A stretch of DNA of 64,000 nucleotides from the human T2T-CHM13v2.0 reference genome, Homo sapiens. Each line of letters starts with the position of its first letter. Position 1 is the first letter of the stretch. The notes under the pieces were generated by a model that saw only the letters and a list, made by a program, of their open reading frames with translations, did no database searches and was not told where the DNA came from. The stretch lies in the NCBI RefSeq assembly GCF_009914755.1, contig NC_060926.1; one strand, given 5' to 3'. Of this stretch, positions 62,879 through 64,000 are shown in pieces. The position numbers were made by a program, and so were the translations under genes.

Positions 62879-64000
62879 TGTAAGTCAGTGCTCTTTCATC
62901 TTTCCATTTGCTCTTTCATTGTTCAACTCTAATCTTGTTCCATAAAAGATTTAAGACTTGTGGGAGGGATATGAATGAGGTGTGCAGAAAGGGTGAGAAT
63001 CAGGTCACCAGCTCACAGGGGCTGAGAGCCACCAGTGCCAGTTTCAACTACAGGGTTCACCTCTAGAAGCCCGAAGGTCCGTAATTAAAATCATTCTATG
63101 TCTTAATTACTGCGGAAGAACTTATAGCCAGGAACAAACTTTAATATTCAAATAAAAATTTTTAAATAAATGAATGTTTTTAAATACCTCTTAAAAATCT
63201 AATTTCTTTTAAAAGACATAAAACTCAAAGGATACGGAAGGAAAATTACAAGAGCCAGTCAAACATGAGCACAATATAAGGTTTTAAATCAGCCAACGAA
63301 AGCATTTTAGACAATTACATGCCTTGCTGACTAGAAGAGATTATTCAACTCAGCCACTGAATATTTATTCAGCAAGTAAATTTAAATTTAACACGCCAAA
63401 AAAGCTAATACCTTTTTTCAATTTTAGAATTTGTCAAATTTTTTAAAAGAGAAAATGTCTATTTCATTTCAGGTTTACTTATAAACTAGAAACAAGATAA
63501 ATATTTGCAGAACTAAAAAAAATGCTTTGATTCTATTTTGTAGAACTTTTGGTAATCTTGGTATTATTAATATGAATAAGTACACAATTAAAACATGTAC
63601 TTGAAATGTCCAAGATCATACACTTAAAATTTTCATCCAAGTTTTTTTATTTCAAAACATTAGGAATCAACTCTGCATAAAGCAGTCCAAATTCCATTAC
63701 ACAGTTCATGCTGAGCTCTTAAAATGTTTCAAAACAATTAATATTTGAATTGAAACTCCACTTAAACTCAACTTCTGTAGAAGTTATAATAGTTTAACTC
63801 AACCGCATTAAACTCAACATACCTAGACAGCAAATTTTATTCTGTAAAATCTAACCTGGACCCAACCATCCTGTACATACCTGAAAATTACAGCCTATAG
63901 TTATTTTATTGTTATTATTCTTCCTATGTACCTCACAGAATTCCTCCATCAGAAAAGAATCAAATGGAATTTAAAATTGTATAAAATTTAAAATCAGAAA

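Overview
Human/primate genomic DNA. It is AT-rich and mostly intronic, dense in Alu, L1, MaLR and DNA-transposon relics. The window holds ten consecutive minus-strand coding exons of the axonemal dynein heavy chain gene DNAH7, which I number 3-12 from my recollection of the protein. All have GT-AG boundaries, and their phases chain into one open frame (EKLASKEKF...RVETKLYSKW). At the left end, inside intron 12, lies a processed E2F3 pseudogene from the E2F3b isoform, split by an Alu. I found no evidence of a new multi-gene system. The best leads are: (1) an old, diverged intragenic duplication (~55.2-57.1 kb vs ~62.7-64.0 kb) that probably created the near-identical 21-aa exons 2 and 3; (2) an AG|GTGAGT recursive-splice motif at the start of exon 4; (3) an open C-terminal frame in the E2F3b retrocopy with a Tyr->Cys change at the RB-binding tyrosine; (4) a complete gene-sense THE1 element with TSDs and a 247-codon open internal frame; (5) several small template-switch scars. 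Repeat subfamily names and most repeat boundaries were assigned by eye and are approximate.
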